64,000 nt of DNA, from positions 186,001 to 250,000 of the forward strand of contig NW_027191462.1 of the NCBI RefSeq assembly GCF_011745625.1. Direction: 5' to 3'. The notes beneath the pieces are model-generated. The model saw nothing but the letters and a program-made list of their open reading frames with translations, searched no databases and was not told where the DNA came from. Every line of letters begins with the position of its first letter. Position 1 is the stretch's first letter. The position numbers and the translations under genes were made by a program. This document shows, piece by piece, positions 36,095 through 47,608 of the stretch. The stretch is from Cladosporium halotolerans (Eukaryota).

Positions 36095-38629
36095 ATGAGA
36101 AGAGTGGCAAGCTCCGCCTTGTGGCCTCGGCTCCGCGCCCTCCAGATCTACGGCGCGAACACCGGCGTAGGGAAGACCATCTTCTCTTCTGTGCTCTGCG
36201 CCGCGTTTCAAAAGAAGCTCCGTAGAGTTCAGTATGTGAAGCCTGTCTCTACTGGACCCTTGGACGAGGCCGATGACAGGTATGGAGCTCTATCTCATCT
36301 CTTCGATGGCGGGAATCCTGCCCGTCGATCATTGGCACCTTAATAAAACTGACTCGCTTACCTGGTAGCCATATTTCTGCGTTTGGCTCTGGTATCAAAT
36401 CAAAGACATTGTACCAATTCGACGAGCCTGTGAGCCCGCATATCGCTGCTCGTGGGTCGTCCGTATGTTGCCTACCACGCTCCTCTCTCATCGACAAAAC
36501 CGCAGGTGTGACTAATACTCATACAGCTACCTATCTCTGACAACGAGATCAGCGTCGCCCTCTATGATGAGCTCAAGAGCTATGCTACTGGCGAGGATGG
36601 TATAGCCATCGTGGAGACTGCAGGTGGCGTGCTTTCTCCCGCGCCATCTGGTAGCACCCAAGCAGACCTCTACAGACCCCTTCGAATGCCAACTTTTCTT
36701 GTTGGCGACCATCGTTTGGGCGGCATTGGCTCTACTATCTCGGCTTGGGAGTCTCTTCACATACGTGGCTACGATGTACAATCCGTGGGTCTGTTCGCGG
36801 AAGGCAGGTATGAGAATGCTGCTTATCTGAAGGACTACTTTGCGGAGAGGAACATCCCGTCCTTCTCTATAGCTCCTCCTCCTGAGCCTGCCGCAGCACG
36901 CGATGAAGACATCAAGGCTATGAAAGCTTACTACGAGAGCTCAAGCGTGAATGCCGAGGTCATTGGCTTCGTGGAGTCCTTCCTGAAGGCGCACGACAAG
37001 CGAATCGAAGACTTGCGTGAGATGCCGAAGCAAGCGACAGAGGCCATTTGGCATCCTTTCATGCAGCACAGTGAAAGAAACGAAGGCAACGTCGTCGCCA
37101 TGGAATCTGCGTACGGTGATTATTTCCAAACTTATACTAAGCAGAAAGACGTGCCTAGCGGTGCTGGTCAAGAAGAGAAGGCCCTGCTCTCTCCCGCGTT
37201 CGACGCTTCAGCATCTTGGTGGACCCAAGGCCTCGGTCATGGAAATCCTCAACTGGCTCTCACAGCGGCCCACGCTGCAGGCAAATACGGACATGTCATG
37301 TTCGCGGGTGCTGTGCACGAGCCTGCATTGACGCTCTCGCAAACTCTCGTCCATCGCATGGGCAACGCGCGCCTAAGTAAGGTCTTCTACACAGACAACG
37401 GAAGCACAGGAATGGAAGTCGCTGTCAAGATGGCCCTCCGCGCAGCTTCCAAGCGCCACGGCTGGTCGCCCGAGGACAATGTGGAGATCCTGGGCCTCAT
37501 TGGTAGCTACCACGGCGACACCATGGGTACGATGGACTGCTCCGAACCCAGTATCTTCAACAAGAAAGTCGAATGGTACCAAGGCCGTGGCCACTGGCTG
37601 GATTTCCCCCAGGTGAAGCTTCGTGACGGCCAGTGGGTAGTCGAGCCGCCGAAATCGATGCGAAAGACCGTTGGCAAGACTCGTACTTTCAACTCCCTGG
37701 CTGAGATCTTCGACCTCGACGCTCGTCGTGCAGACTGGGGTCGCTACCGCTCATATCTCGATGCTGAGCTGTGGCACCTGAGACAGCAAGGCCACAAATT
37801 TGGCGCTCTGATCATGGAGCCCGTCATTCTTGGCGCAGGAGGTATGATGTTCGCCGACCCGCTCTTCCAGCGCTGCCTCGTAGAGGCTGTCCGTGGCATT
37901 GACCCCAACATCGACAACGCGAAGGCCGTGGATGGTCAAGGCGCGGACAAGGACTGGCAGGGTATGCCGGTCATCTTCGACGAGGTCTTCACGGGCTTGT
38001 ATCGTCTGGGTCGCTTTGACGCTGCCGGCTTCATCGGTGCAGACCCGGACATTGTCGTCAACGCGAAGTTGCTGACTGGTGGTCTGCTGCCGCTGTGCAC
38101 CACGACTGCAAGCGAGGCCATCTTCGAGGCTTTCCTGAGCGCAGACAAAAGCGATGCTCTTCTGCATGGACACAGCTACACTGCGCATGCTATAGGCTGT
38201 TCGGTTGCGAATGAGAGCTTGGCCACCATGTCCAAGCTCAGCCAGAGCGACGATTGGGCAGGGTTCAGGCAAGACTGGAAAGCCAGCCTGGCAGTACAGG
38301 AGACCAAGGACGTCGGCAAGGGTTCAACGCCTTGGAGCATGTGGTCTCAGTCATTCGTCGAGACCGTCTCGCGCAAGCCAAATGTCGACTACGTCTTCGC
38401 CATTGGCTCGGTGTTCGCAATGTCGCTGAAAGACCCAGCTGGCTCTGGATATGCTTCCACTGCCGCTACCGGCCTGCGTGACAGGCTTTTCGCCGGTAGC
38501 CGGGCAGGTGAGCCTGTAATACATTCTCGTGTACTGGGCAATGTGCTGTACCTCATGGGTGCCATGACTAGCACACCAGAGACTCTAAAAGGCGTAGAGG
38601 AGACTGTGCTGGAAGCTTTGAGCAGATAG
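36095..38629 (+). CDS. bioDA: Bifunctional dethiobiotin synthetase / DAPA aminotransferase; exons 36095-36279, 36369-36462, 36527-38629
   Basis: GANTGVGKT P-loop, YVKPVSTG, ETAGGV (BioD part); IWHPF, SWWTQGLGH, SYHGDT, FDEVFTG, AKLLTGG, HGHSYT (BioA part); basic N-terminal presequence-like peptide. Confidence 0.95.
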
Positions 38630-38769
38630 TGACGGTCAAAAGTTCTTTTCACTGCCGTCTATGTATCGTGGCTAATTCGTAACTTCATCTTTAACATCCA
38701 AATCATGCCTCGCCGTCATCGTGAACTCACTCATGGGTATCATAGCGCAAATCCGCCCAATGCAAATTC

Positions 38770-39615
38770 TTACCACACGAACCCAAACGATCCGCCTCCA
38801 CTGCTCTTAGGCTCCTGTGCCTCCTCTCCAGGCACCTCCACGCCTTGCTCTCGTGCCACCCGATATATCTCCTTCGTAATCCTTTCCACATCCGTCTTCT
38901 TTATGGGCACCCTGTGCGTCCCATCCCACTCAATGACCGTCGCGCTCTCAGGATCATGATACTGCTTCAACATCTTCCTATGCAAATGCAACCCATTGTC
39001 GTTCAACCCGTGCACGTGAATCGTCGGTAACCTCAGGACATGCGGGCTCGGGTGCGGGTAATCGAAGCCCTCGCTGATCTGGCCCGGCGTCACCAGCGCC
39101 GGATGCCGCGAATGTTCGCAGAACGAGACCAGCGGCGAGCGGCCAGCGAGCAAGACAGCGAACTTGTAGTCCGTATCCGCGCGCCCGTCCTTCTCCATAC
39201 GGATCTGCTGGTCGTACAGCAGACTGGCGCTCAGCTTCGCGCCCTGCGAGAAGCCAATCAACCCAACCCAAGGTCCGTCACCCGCGTCCTCGCGCTTGCA
39301 CGTCTCGATGTTGTACATCACCTCTTCCTCGGCGCTGTCGTCGTCGATCTCCGCATGCTCGGGCAGCCAGCGCAGCCAGCGCCGGAACGGGCCCCAGTCT
39401 TCGTACACGGGCACTATGCCGGGCCCTGCGGCGCAGAAGAAGGGCCCGTCGGCGAAGACGAGGCGGAAGTCGGGGAGGTTTTTGATCAGGGCGCGGGCTT
39501 GGGCGCGGAAGACTTCGCCGGTGACGCCGCCGCCATGGAGGCAGAGGATGCGTGGATGGTGTAGCGTGGGGTCCTCATTGGCAGGGCCAGGCACGTGTCC
39601 GGGCGGTGCGGCCAT
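38770..39615 (-). CDS. FSH1-family serine hydrolase (CtnB-like esterase)
   Basis: RILCLHGGG, nucleophile elbow GFSQG, PTIHVHGLND, and WDGTH giving a plausible Ser-Asp-His triad; single exon of 281 aa. Confidence 0.88.
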   Translation of the reverse strand: MAAPPGHVPGPANEDPTLHHPRILCLHGGGVTGEVFRAQARALIKNLPDFRLVFADGPFFCAAGPGIVPVYEDWGPFRRWLRWLPEHAEIDDDSAEEEVMYNIETCKREDAGDGPWVGLIGFSQGAKLSASLLYDQQIRMEKDGRADTDYKFAVLLAGRSPLVSFCEHSRHPALVTPGQISEGFDYPHPSPHVLRLPTIHVHGLNDNGLHLHRKMLKQYHDPESATVIEWDGTHRVPIKKTDVERITKEIYRVAREQGVEVPGEEAQEPKSSGGGSFGFVW

Positions 39616-40313
39616 GTTGACGTCGAAGACTGGATGAGGTTGTGGTGAGGGCGGTGAGGGTTGGGGTGCTGGACCCGGCGAAAGGTTTGGGAAAGAAAGG
39701 ACCTGTGATATGATATGGAAAAAAGGAGAGTAATTTTATCTATGTCTTGACCAAATTTAGAGCTAATGTGCTAGGAAAATGCAGCAATAATAGTACCTTA
39801 TGCTTGCGGCTGAGATGAGTGAGATGATGCTACCTCGGACTCCGGGCGATGTGGAGCGCCGGACGTGACGACCATGATCTCAACGGTTGCGCATAGACGT
39901 TCAGGCAGAAGATGCCGCAAAGGAGTTGGTTCACTACAAATTCAAATCTTCCCTCGTCCACGCGACTGAATGCTGAGATGTGTGCATTAGTTGTCTGGCA
40001 AAAGAAGAGGGATATGTGAATCCGCGAACGCCAGTCCATTTGCGGTTGGCTGCTTTGGTACTACTTCAACTTTCGCACTCCCTCGAGGGCTGCACCACGC
40101 CATTTTGCATGTTCCGTAGTACAGGCCGTTCAATAACAATTCGAAAACCTTGGTTCGACACTCGATTGAATACTCTGCAGGTTCCCAGTACCGTAGGCTA
40201 CATTCTGTACCTATCCTGCGTTGTTGGGCAGTCTATAAAAGCCCCGAGGGTTCTGAGACAGGTCTTGGGGGTATCACAATGCTCTAGAAATGCTCACGAC
40301 CTCTCCGGCTGTT

Positions 40314-42974
40314 TCATGTTGCCACCTTCCACATGTCTCCCTCCCTGACCACCTCACCTCTCCCTTCCATTTCTCCCAACAAGAACAGGACCTCCTCTTC
40401 TCCGTACGTGAAGGTTGGCAAGACCATCTTAAGCATGTTCGCTATGCCCATCATTCCACCGACTTCCTTGGCTCCACCATTTCGCAACATGTTGGCGATG
40501 AATATTTCGAACATGGGTGCGTTCTCGCGAAGCACTGCATCCTCCGACCTGACCGCGGAGAAAGCCTCTTCTTCCGCAGCGGTGTTGGAAGTCGGCGCAA
40601 CGTCCATGTCAAGGCGCTCGAGAACCGCGTATTCAGCTGCAATCGGCTGGTAGAGGACACGTTTGTGCGACCAATATGACAGCGCATCAGATACGAGCTC
40701 GGAGTCCATCGACAGTTTCTTTTGTAGTTGCTCGGCGGTGAAGCTTAACCCAGTGTCTAATTCGTCCGAGGCGAACGCGTTTATGACACTGGCACGCCAG
40801 GCAGGTATATCAGGCTCGGTAATGGTACGATCTTCCAGCTCCAGCGTGACTGACATGCGACCCAGAGCGTCCTGCCATTCAAGACGTCGCTGGCCGCTGT
40901 AACGCGAGAACATTTCGCCTGTGTGGTTGAGAGTCCCCGCGAACTTGTCAGGAACAGCGAATTTATTTGAGCGGAGCTGAGGCCAGAAGAAGCTGGACAA
41001 GATTCGGAAGCTCATCGGTTCACCACTATCGGTCCCTTGCTGAGATGGTGAAGCGTCTATGGGCGAAGGCAAACGCCCGCGCTTAGGATAGTAAAGGTCG
41101 TTGCGGCGGTTGGCAACAAGCTTGACCATGGCAAGGAATTGCGCGTGCTTCATGCGTCCTTCGAACTGTCGATACAGCATTGGCAGAGTGATGCCTTCGC
41201 CTGGAATTGCAGCTTGAATGTCGCGAGGGGTGGGTGTTGAGGTAGCACGCGTGCGACGAGGAAGAATTCTCTTCTCCAGCATGACCGAGTCACGCATATC
41301 CTTGAGCATGACCTCTGCTGCCTGCAGTTTACTGGGGTCGAACCGGGACTTGAAGAGTTCAACGAGCCTAGTCTCCTTCGCAAATTCGGGATCTGTAGCC
41401 TGCAGCAGATGTTGCGCAAGAACGTTCGTCATTTCTTTGATGAAGTCATCCTGATCGAACAGACCCAAAATGTAAGACAAAATGTCCTCAGACTTGTTGT
41501 ACTTGTGATTTGAGCCAGCATCGATAGGATCTGGAACCCAATTCATGTCGTCCCAGTTCAAGCCTCTATCATCCCTAGTGTCTTCCAACGAGGATGTCTG
41601 GGCTGCTTTGGCGATATCGGCACAAACCTTGCCATCGCTTTCTGCAACGAGATTGCCTTCGGGGTCGATGTCGGCAAGGAAACTAGCCGCTATCACACTG
41701 ACAGTATCGTCACGTGCCCTCAAGTAGCCTCGCAAGGGAGAAGCGACTTTGTCAAGAAGCACACCGCGCGCGTCAAGGAGTTTGAAGGCGTGTATGACAT
41801 TTACATACACGCTCAGTAGTTCAACTGTCGTGGCGCCGGCGTGTAAGATGCGCTGCTGCACTTGGCGGATGAATGCTGTGCACAAAGATACCTTCTCCAA
41901 CGTGGTTGCTGTCACGATGTGCTCCTTAATGTCGAGTAGCGCGCCTTTGCTTTCTGGCCAAACTTTGACATAGTCGAAGAGCGCTTCGGTCCGCTTGCGA
42001 ACGAGGCTGAGTGCTGCGCTCGTAGCCATCCTCTCGACGTCGTTACCAGTGAACCGGAAATTGCTTCCAGTAAGGGCACTGATAGCACCCTGTATGCATG
42101 GAGCAAAGCAGTCCTCAATCCAAGTTTTCAACCGCGGTACCACAGTCTCATACCCACTCCAATCGACCTGAAAGCATTGCCGCTCAACAGCTGGGCCATC
42201 CAGCAGCCGGTGGGTGGCAAGTGCCAGGGCCCGCTGGGCAAGATCGCCGCCGAGTCCAACTCCATACAAGGACTTCAGAGGGAAACTCTTGAAATTGATT
42301 TTGCAGTGGCAACGGTCGTCCTTGAGACATTTTTCTGGATTGCTGTAGATTCCGAGCTCGGTTCGCATGTGTTGATAAAGCGCGCTGCCTAAAGTTTTCA
42401 TCACTCGCTGGCGTGGTAGAGAATAGAGAACCAGAGAGTGCCATCGCCTTAAGATATGTGCACGAAGCGCTTCAACGCCAGCTTTAAAGGTAGTGCTACG
42501 TGTAGCCGACGTTAGACGCGCCAAAGGTTCAAAGTACAACTCCTGGGCCTCTCCCAGCGTTTGCGCCGTGCTTGTGATTAGGGCATTGGCTCTCGAGACA
42601 GCTATGGGTTTCTGCCATTGTGAAAGATCAGGCAACACATGCCGCCTGAAGTGTGATGAAATTCGGTCGAGATACCAGTCTGCTAAAAGGAGTAGCTGAT
42701 CATTGGAAGAAAGGAGCAATTTGAAGGCCTCAATATCCTGATGCTGAGGAGGTTCTGGATTGTCGCTGGGCTCTCCATCTAGGTACCTTGTTGCTAGACT
42801 CCAAGCTTTGGCTGTTTGTATGGCCTCATCTGCGGCCGTTTCCGGTAGAGTAAACCCTCCAAATGGCTGGCCTGGAGATTTCAGAACACCAATTGTTGGA
42901 GTTGCTTCAGGTGTTTGGGTAGTAAACACTTTCGGCGGAAAGACAGAACTGAGCTGTACGTCTGCCACGGCCAT
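40314..42974 (-). CDS. APC2: Anaphase-promoting complex subunit 2 (cullin-like)
   Basis: 886-aa ORF with RILHAGATT, YLRARDDTV, NWVPDPIDA, EVMLKDMRDS, ILSSFFWP and a C-terminal winged-helix-like segment (FIANMLRN). Confidence 0.9.
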   Translation of the reverse strand: MAVADVQLSSVFPPKVFTTQTPEATPTIGVLKSPGQPFGGFTLPETAADEAIQTAKAWSLATRYLDGEPSDNPEPPQHQDIEAFKLLLSSNDQLLLLADWYLDRISSHFRRHVLPDLSQWQKPIAVSRANALITSTAQTLGEAQELYFEPLARLTSATRSTTFKAGVEALRAHILRRWHSLVLYSLPRQRVMKTLGSALYQHMRTELGIYSNPEKCLKDDRCHCKINFKSFPLKSLYGVGLGGDLAQRALALATHRLLDGPAVERQCFQVDWSGYETVVPRLKTWIEDCFAPCIQGAISALTGSNFRFTGNDVERMATSAALSLVRKRTEALFDYVKVWPESKGALLDIKEHIVTATTLEKVSLCTAFIRQVQQRILHAGATTVELLSVYVNVIHAFKLLDARGVLLDKVASPLRGYLRARDDTVSVIAASFLADIDPEGNLVAESDGKVCADIAKAAQTSSLEDTRDDRGLNWDDMNWVPDPIDAGSNHKYNKSEDILSYILGLFDQDDFIKEMTNVLAQHLLQATDPEFAKETRLVELFKSRFDPSKLQAAEVMLKDMRDSVMLEKRILPRRTRATSTPTPRDIQAAIPGEGITLPMLYRQFEGRMKHAQFLAMVKLVANRRNDLYYPKRGRLPSPIDASPSQQGTDSGEPMSFRILSSFFWPQLRSNKFAVPDKFAGTLNHTGEMFSRYSGQRRLEWQDALGRMSVTLELEDRTITEPDIPAWRASVINAFASDELDTGLSFTAEQLQKKLSMDSELVSDALSYWSHKRVLYQPIAAEYAVLERLDMDVAPTSNTAAEEEAFSAVRSEDAVLRENAPMFEIFIANMLRNGGAKEVGGMMGIANMLKMVLPTFTYGEEEVLFLLGEMEGRGEVVREGDMWKVAT

Positions 42975-43363
42975 CTGCGCGTTGGACGCTGGGCATGTAT
43001 TGTGTCTTCGTTAGATGTTCACACGCTGCTTACCGTTTGGGCTTCGTCTAAGCGCGGCATTCGCGAGCGAAGCAGGCGCGCGGTCACATGCTTTCCCTTG
43101 GCGCGCTTATGACGTCGTTCTGCCAGCAACGCCGAAACCTGCGAGAGCTAGCGATCAACCGCCGCTACTTGCACTGGCCTCGTTTGTTTGCCAGCAGTTC
43201 GGTGACGAACGTCCTTTCTGCATCCTTCTGACCACTTACCACCCCCTACCGCTGTACTCCTGTACCTTCACTATTACGGCACCTTCTCTTTGAATACTAC
43301 GCACAACACGAAACATTCATACGAACGCGTGCGAACCAACGGCAGCCTACAGACACCGCCAAC

Positions 43364-44216
43364 ATGTCTAAGAGATCAGGTGTGCCTAATGGCGTGGAGA
43401 AGGCCGCCAAGGAGGTTTCTCAACAGCCTAGTAAGTCTCGTACAGTTTTGGCTGCTGGTAAGCTTCTCGTACTGACAAGATGCAGCTCCGAATAAGCAGG
43501 CCCGTTTGCTCCAAGCCCAGGATCCTGGCCACTTCAGCTTGGTGCGCGCCTACCACCTTGCCGACTTTATCACCCTCATGAACGGCTTCTGTGGTGTCAT
43601 GTCTATTCAGTTTTCCATGCGCTACTGCCTCGGCTCTCCACAGGATACCGGTCACCTATGGACGGCTCTGGCATTCATGCCGTTTGGCCTGTTATTCGAC
43701 TTCTTTGACGGCATGGTCGCGAGGTGGAGAAAGAAGAGCAGCTTGATGGGTGCAGAGTTGGACTCGCTGGCAGATCTTGTGAGTTCAGGGACAATGACTC
43801 GGCATACTGTGCGACGCAAGGACGAGTATGCTAACAATCACCACTAGATCTCCTTCGGCGTCGCTCCCTCCATGTGCGCGTTCGCTGCCGGCTTCCGCAC
43901 CGGCCTTGACCAACTCTTCCTCACCTGCTTCGTCCTGGCCGGCCTCGCACGCCTCGCTCGCTTCAACGTGACCACCGACAACGTGCCTAAGGACGCCAAC
44001 GGCAAGGCAAAGTACTTCGAGGGACTTCCGATCCCTACGAGCTTGGGGATCATGGCTTTGACTGCGTTCTGGTTGTCCAAGGGCTGGATTCAGGAGAGCA
44101 TCCCCTACGGCACTGTCATGACGGGCACTATCCTTGAGTTCCACCCAGTGGTCATGCTTTTCCTGGCCCACGGATGCTGCATGGTGTCCAAGACTCTGCA
44201 CGTGCCGAAGATCTAG
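43364..44216 (+). CDS. CHO1: CDP-diacylglycerol-serine O-phosphatidyltransferase (phosphatidylserine synthase); exons 43364-43430, 43486-43778, 43848-44216
   Basis: CDP-alcohol phosphotransferase motif DFFDGMVAR...[42 protein letters not shown]. Confidence 0.95.
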
Positions 44217-44623
44217 ACTTTTGTGCTGGAAGCGCACGGAGATGAAGTAGGTGGGACGAGCTATGAGTTCACGATTCTATGCTCCTAAAAGACAAGCGAG
44301 GCGTTGGATGTTTTCTAGCGGCTCAGACACAAGAATCAATCGATCAGCCAACCATTTTTGAAGAAGCGACTGGTTTGCTAGTGGGCTACTGTTGACCAAG
44401 TTCCTCGCCAATCGTAAGGTATATGGGTAGCAATCGCGAAATTCGCTTGTGCACCACATGATGTCAACGCAACACAGTAGCCTTCCAGTGGCCGAGTGAT
44501 CGACACGACTTCCGATTGTTGATCCTCGTCAGTGGCAGGATTCTGTTCTTCCATCGCTGTATTGCATGCGGTGCATGCCTGAGTAGATTTCGTTCACATG
44601 ACCGTGCATTGACATACGTGCGG

Positions 44624-44654
44624 TGGGGTTGCTAGGGTTAGGGTTGGGGTTGCG
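44624..44654. repeat. Interstitial telomere-like element, copy 2 (inverted relative to copy 1)
   Basis: TGGGGTtgctAGGGTTAGGGTTGGGGTTGCG; four G-tracts. Confidence 0.7.
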
Positions 44655-44933
44655 TTGTGAATGCACCAGTCCGTCGCTTTTGGTCCGAGATCTTCCTGTG
44701 TAGACACATGCTCGGAAGCTCTGGATTGGACATTTTCGAGAAATAGAGAGCGTATTCGAACCCAAGTTCGGGTGAGATGATGCTGTTTCGCGACATGAAA
44801 TCTTGTTTCTCGGAGCAAGACTTGGTGCCCCTCGCTTGACATGTGGCATAGCACATTTCGAGTGATAACAAAATGTCAAAACCGCAGTATTGATATTATT
44901 CAGTCGCTGCACTATAACTACCATGATACTCGC

Positions 44934-45938
44934 CTACTCGTAGAAAATCAAGCACCTGACCTCGATACTCTGTCTGCCAGGCGCACCCTCTGGCGTGTTC
45001 GGGTCAATGAAGGCGGTGTGCGGTGTCCGTACCGCGAGTCCCTTCTTGCCCATCGGCATACCCTCACCATAGGAGTCGAAGCACTTCAGCAACATCACTT
45101 CTTCGGGTTTCATGTCCTTCATGTAGAAGAATTTGTGCTGCTCGCTTGGCTTGACTCCCATGGTTTCGCCACGGACTTCGTAGCCTTCCGTGGAGAACCA
45201 CTTCTGCTCGTCAGGAAGGACTTCCTTGCCACGGTCATCGTCGTCCATTGCGCTGTCGGCGCGTTTCGGGTACATAAGGTCGATCGGGACGAAGTCAGAG
45301 GGCGATGTTGAGCGCCAGTCGATCACTGCGAGCGGAGTGTCGGAAGCTGGGTTCTCAATGGGACGCCAGACATTGATGATCTGATACCGGCCTTTCACGA
45401 GTTCGTCGGCTTCGTCTGGAAGGTGACGACGCACGCGTGCCTCTGCTGCTCCAGGTGTCTGGTCGACATGGACTTGCTGGACGGGCTGACGAGGCGAGTC
45501 CTTGTTCCTTCGTCGGATGGTGTGGTCGAAAATGTGGACTTTCTTGATGCCGGGCAGGTGCTTGCGAAGCATATCCTCGACTTCCTGGTAGTAACCTTCC
45601 CGTACCGCCGCGTCGTCTGTGAAGAGCTTCTCCTTGGCGGGGCTGTTGTAGACAGCGAAGCCGGAGTTGTCGGTGGTGAAGTTGTCGGAATCATCGCGGA
45701 TGTTGTGCACATTCCTCTCGTGATCGTTCATTTTGAAAGACATGCCCGGCCCGTCGACCTTGGCCCATGGCTTTGCCGACGTGCTCGAGGCGATGTCTAT
45801 GTGTTTGAAAGTCGAGGTCGTCATCCTTGCCCGCTGCGAGGTGTATGTTGTGGCGTGTATGGAAGAAGCAGCAGCCCTTGAGATGTGGCGAGAAGTGGGG
45901 GCGAAGCTGAGGCGGGGTGCGATCGCTCGTGAGAGCAT
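44934..45938 (-). CDS. CmcJ/AsaB-like oxidoreductase (putative non-heme iron enzyme)
   Basis: FDHTIRR, QQVHVDQT, IINVWRPI, PHTAF and RQSIEVR motifs characteristic of this family; single exon of 334 aa. Confidence 0.8.
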   Translation of the reverse strand: MLSRAIAPRLSFAPTSRHISRAAASSIHATTYTSQRARMTTSTFKHIDIASSTSAKPWAKVDGPGMSFKMNDHERNVHNIRDDSDNFTTDNSGFAVYNSPAKEKLFTDDAAVREGYYQEVEDMLRKHLPGIKKVHIFDHTIRRRNKDSPRQPVQQVHVDQTPGAAEARVRRHLPDEADELVKGRYQIINVWRPIENPASDTPLAVIDWRSTSPSDFVPIDLMYPKRADSAMDDDDRGKEVLPDEQKWFSTEGYEVRGETMGVKPSEQHKFFYMKDMKPEEVMLLKCFDSYGEGMPMGKKGLAVRTPHTAFIDPNTPEGAPGRQSIEVRCLIFYE

Positions 45939-46877
45939 TTATGGGGATCAGTCGATGCGTCTCTGCTGAAGAGGGGAAACAATTCGACGCGGGGGAACGG
46001 AGAGTTTTGAGTTGGTGGCTCGAGTTGTCCATTGACATGCACGTGGTCCAATATCTTTATACCCGCTGGCAATGCGTCATGATTGGTAAACATCCGTCCC
46101 TTTGCTGTTGAGTTGACCAGGGCCCGAGAGATCCGCGCTGAGAAATAGAACGTCAAAGCACACGCTTACAACATCACCTCGGCGATTGCGCCACCGAAGG
46201 TCTCGAAAGACTTTCAGGAGGGAGTGTCTCAAGCGGGCATGATAAGGCCAGTCGCCGGGATTAATCAGGGTACTGTTCAGACCTCCCAAAGTTATGGTGA
46301 CACGGCGGATGTGTGGTTAAGGCGAATAGATCTGGTCTAGATGCCGGCTACCTTAGCTACCAGCATCTCACCACCCGACCGAGGGACCTGCCGGCCTTCT
46401 CACCTTAGAGCTGGAGGCTTCGGCACACGGTGGGGTCGTGATGTGTGACGTAATCGCTTCACTTCGTCTGTACATATTGCGGTGCGGTACTTCCATCTCA
46501 GGCAACAGGTTTTACATCAAACAATTGACGTACTTGCGTTCTAATTCCATTCAGCCCAGAAACCAAACAACATTGGTATCACCCCTGAGCTTACCAATAC
46601 ACGGTCACTTGATCTTTCAAGAAGTAAAGCGAAGCTATAGCTCTGTGGGCCGAGGAACTGGGAGAGGTTCTACTACACACTCAACATCTCAAAAACTCGA
46701 TCTGGGACTACCTAGGTACATTCGAAGACTACAATCAAAAGCTTTCAAATTTTCGGCATCCGTGACTGGATAGTCAACGGTTAAGACAATCTTCCGTTGC
46801 TCTGAAATAGCAGCCCTTTTGGCATCGCCAGCAGCCCATCTGCGGCAACATAATCTATTACAACCAACAAAATCATC

Positions 46878-47608
46878 ATGCCTACCACAGAGATCGCGCT
46901 CATTCCTCTCATCCCGGGGACCCCGATCGGTGACCCCTCGCACTCCAGTGCCGCCGCGTTAAAAGACATCATGACAACTCTCCACGAGCAACCGGGCCTG
47001 CAGCAAGTCCATTTCGGCACCCAGGTGGAGAACCCAGACATGCTCCAAATGATGATCGGTTCGTGAGCCCAAGTGCCCCATTCACTCACAACGCCTCCCC
47101 CCACCCCCAATACATCTCTGGCTGACACCAACCAGACTGGGACTCCCGCCAGCGCCACGAGAACTTCATGGCCTCGCCGGCCTACAAGCCCTTCCTCGAC
47201 ACCTTCGGCACCATCATGTCTGGCTCCCCACAGCTTTCGCACGTCGACCTACAGCCATCTGCTTCCGAAGCCGCGAAAGCCATCAGCGCGCCCGTGACGG
47301 AAGTAGCAACATTCTACTTCGACGGCGAGCCGAACGCGGACTGGCTGGACAACGCGGCCAAAGCGCGCGAGTGGCTGGTCAAGGAAGCGGGCGAGAGCCT
47401 GGGCGCGGCGTTCGGCATCACGCATGAGGTGGTGGAGTACAAGGGCGTGAAGGGCAAGGCGGCGGTTCTTGTGGCGGGCTGGTCGAGCAAGGAAGCGCAT
47501 GTGGAATTCAGGGGAACGGAGACGTTCAAGGAGAACATCCCGCTGTTGAGAGGAGATTCGAAGGCGATTGAGATGCATCATGTGGTTCTTATGCACGCTG
47601 TCAGGTAG
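46878..47608 (+). CDS. Dimeric alpha-beta barrel (ABM-like) protein; exons 46878-47058, 47136-47608
   Basis: Two repeats of the ABM-like pattern (PTTEIA...QPG...DWDS..H.NF and APVTEVA...GWSS.EAH..F); intron GTTCGT...GCTGAC...CAG keeps frame. Confidence 0.75.

Noticed and set aside
36500..36526. Alternative acceptor CCGCAG (36505) in bioDA intron 2 that would add a stop
   Set aside because: It lies upstream of the ACTAAT branch point and has no branch site of its own.
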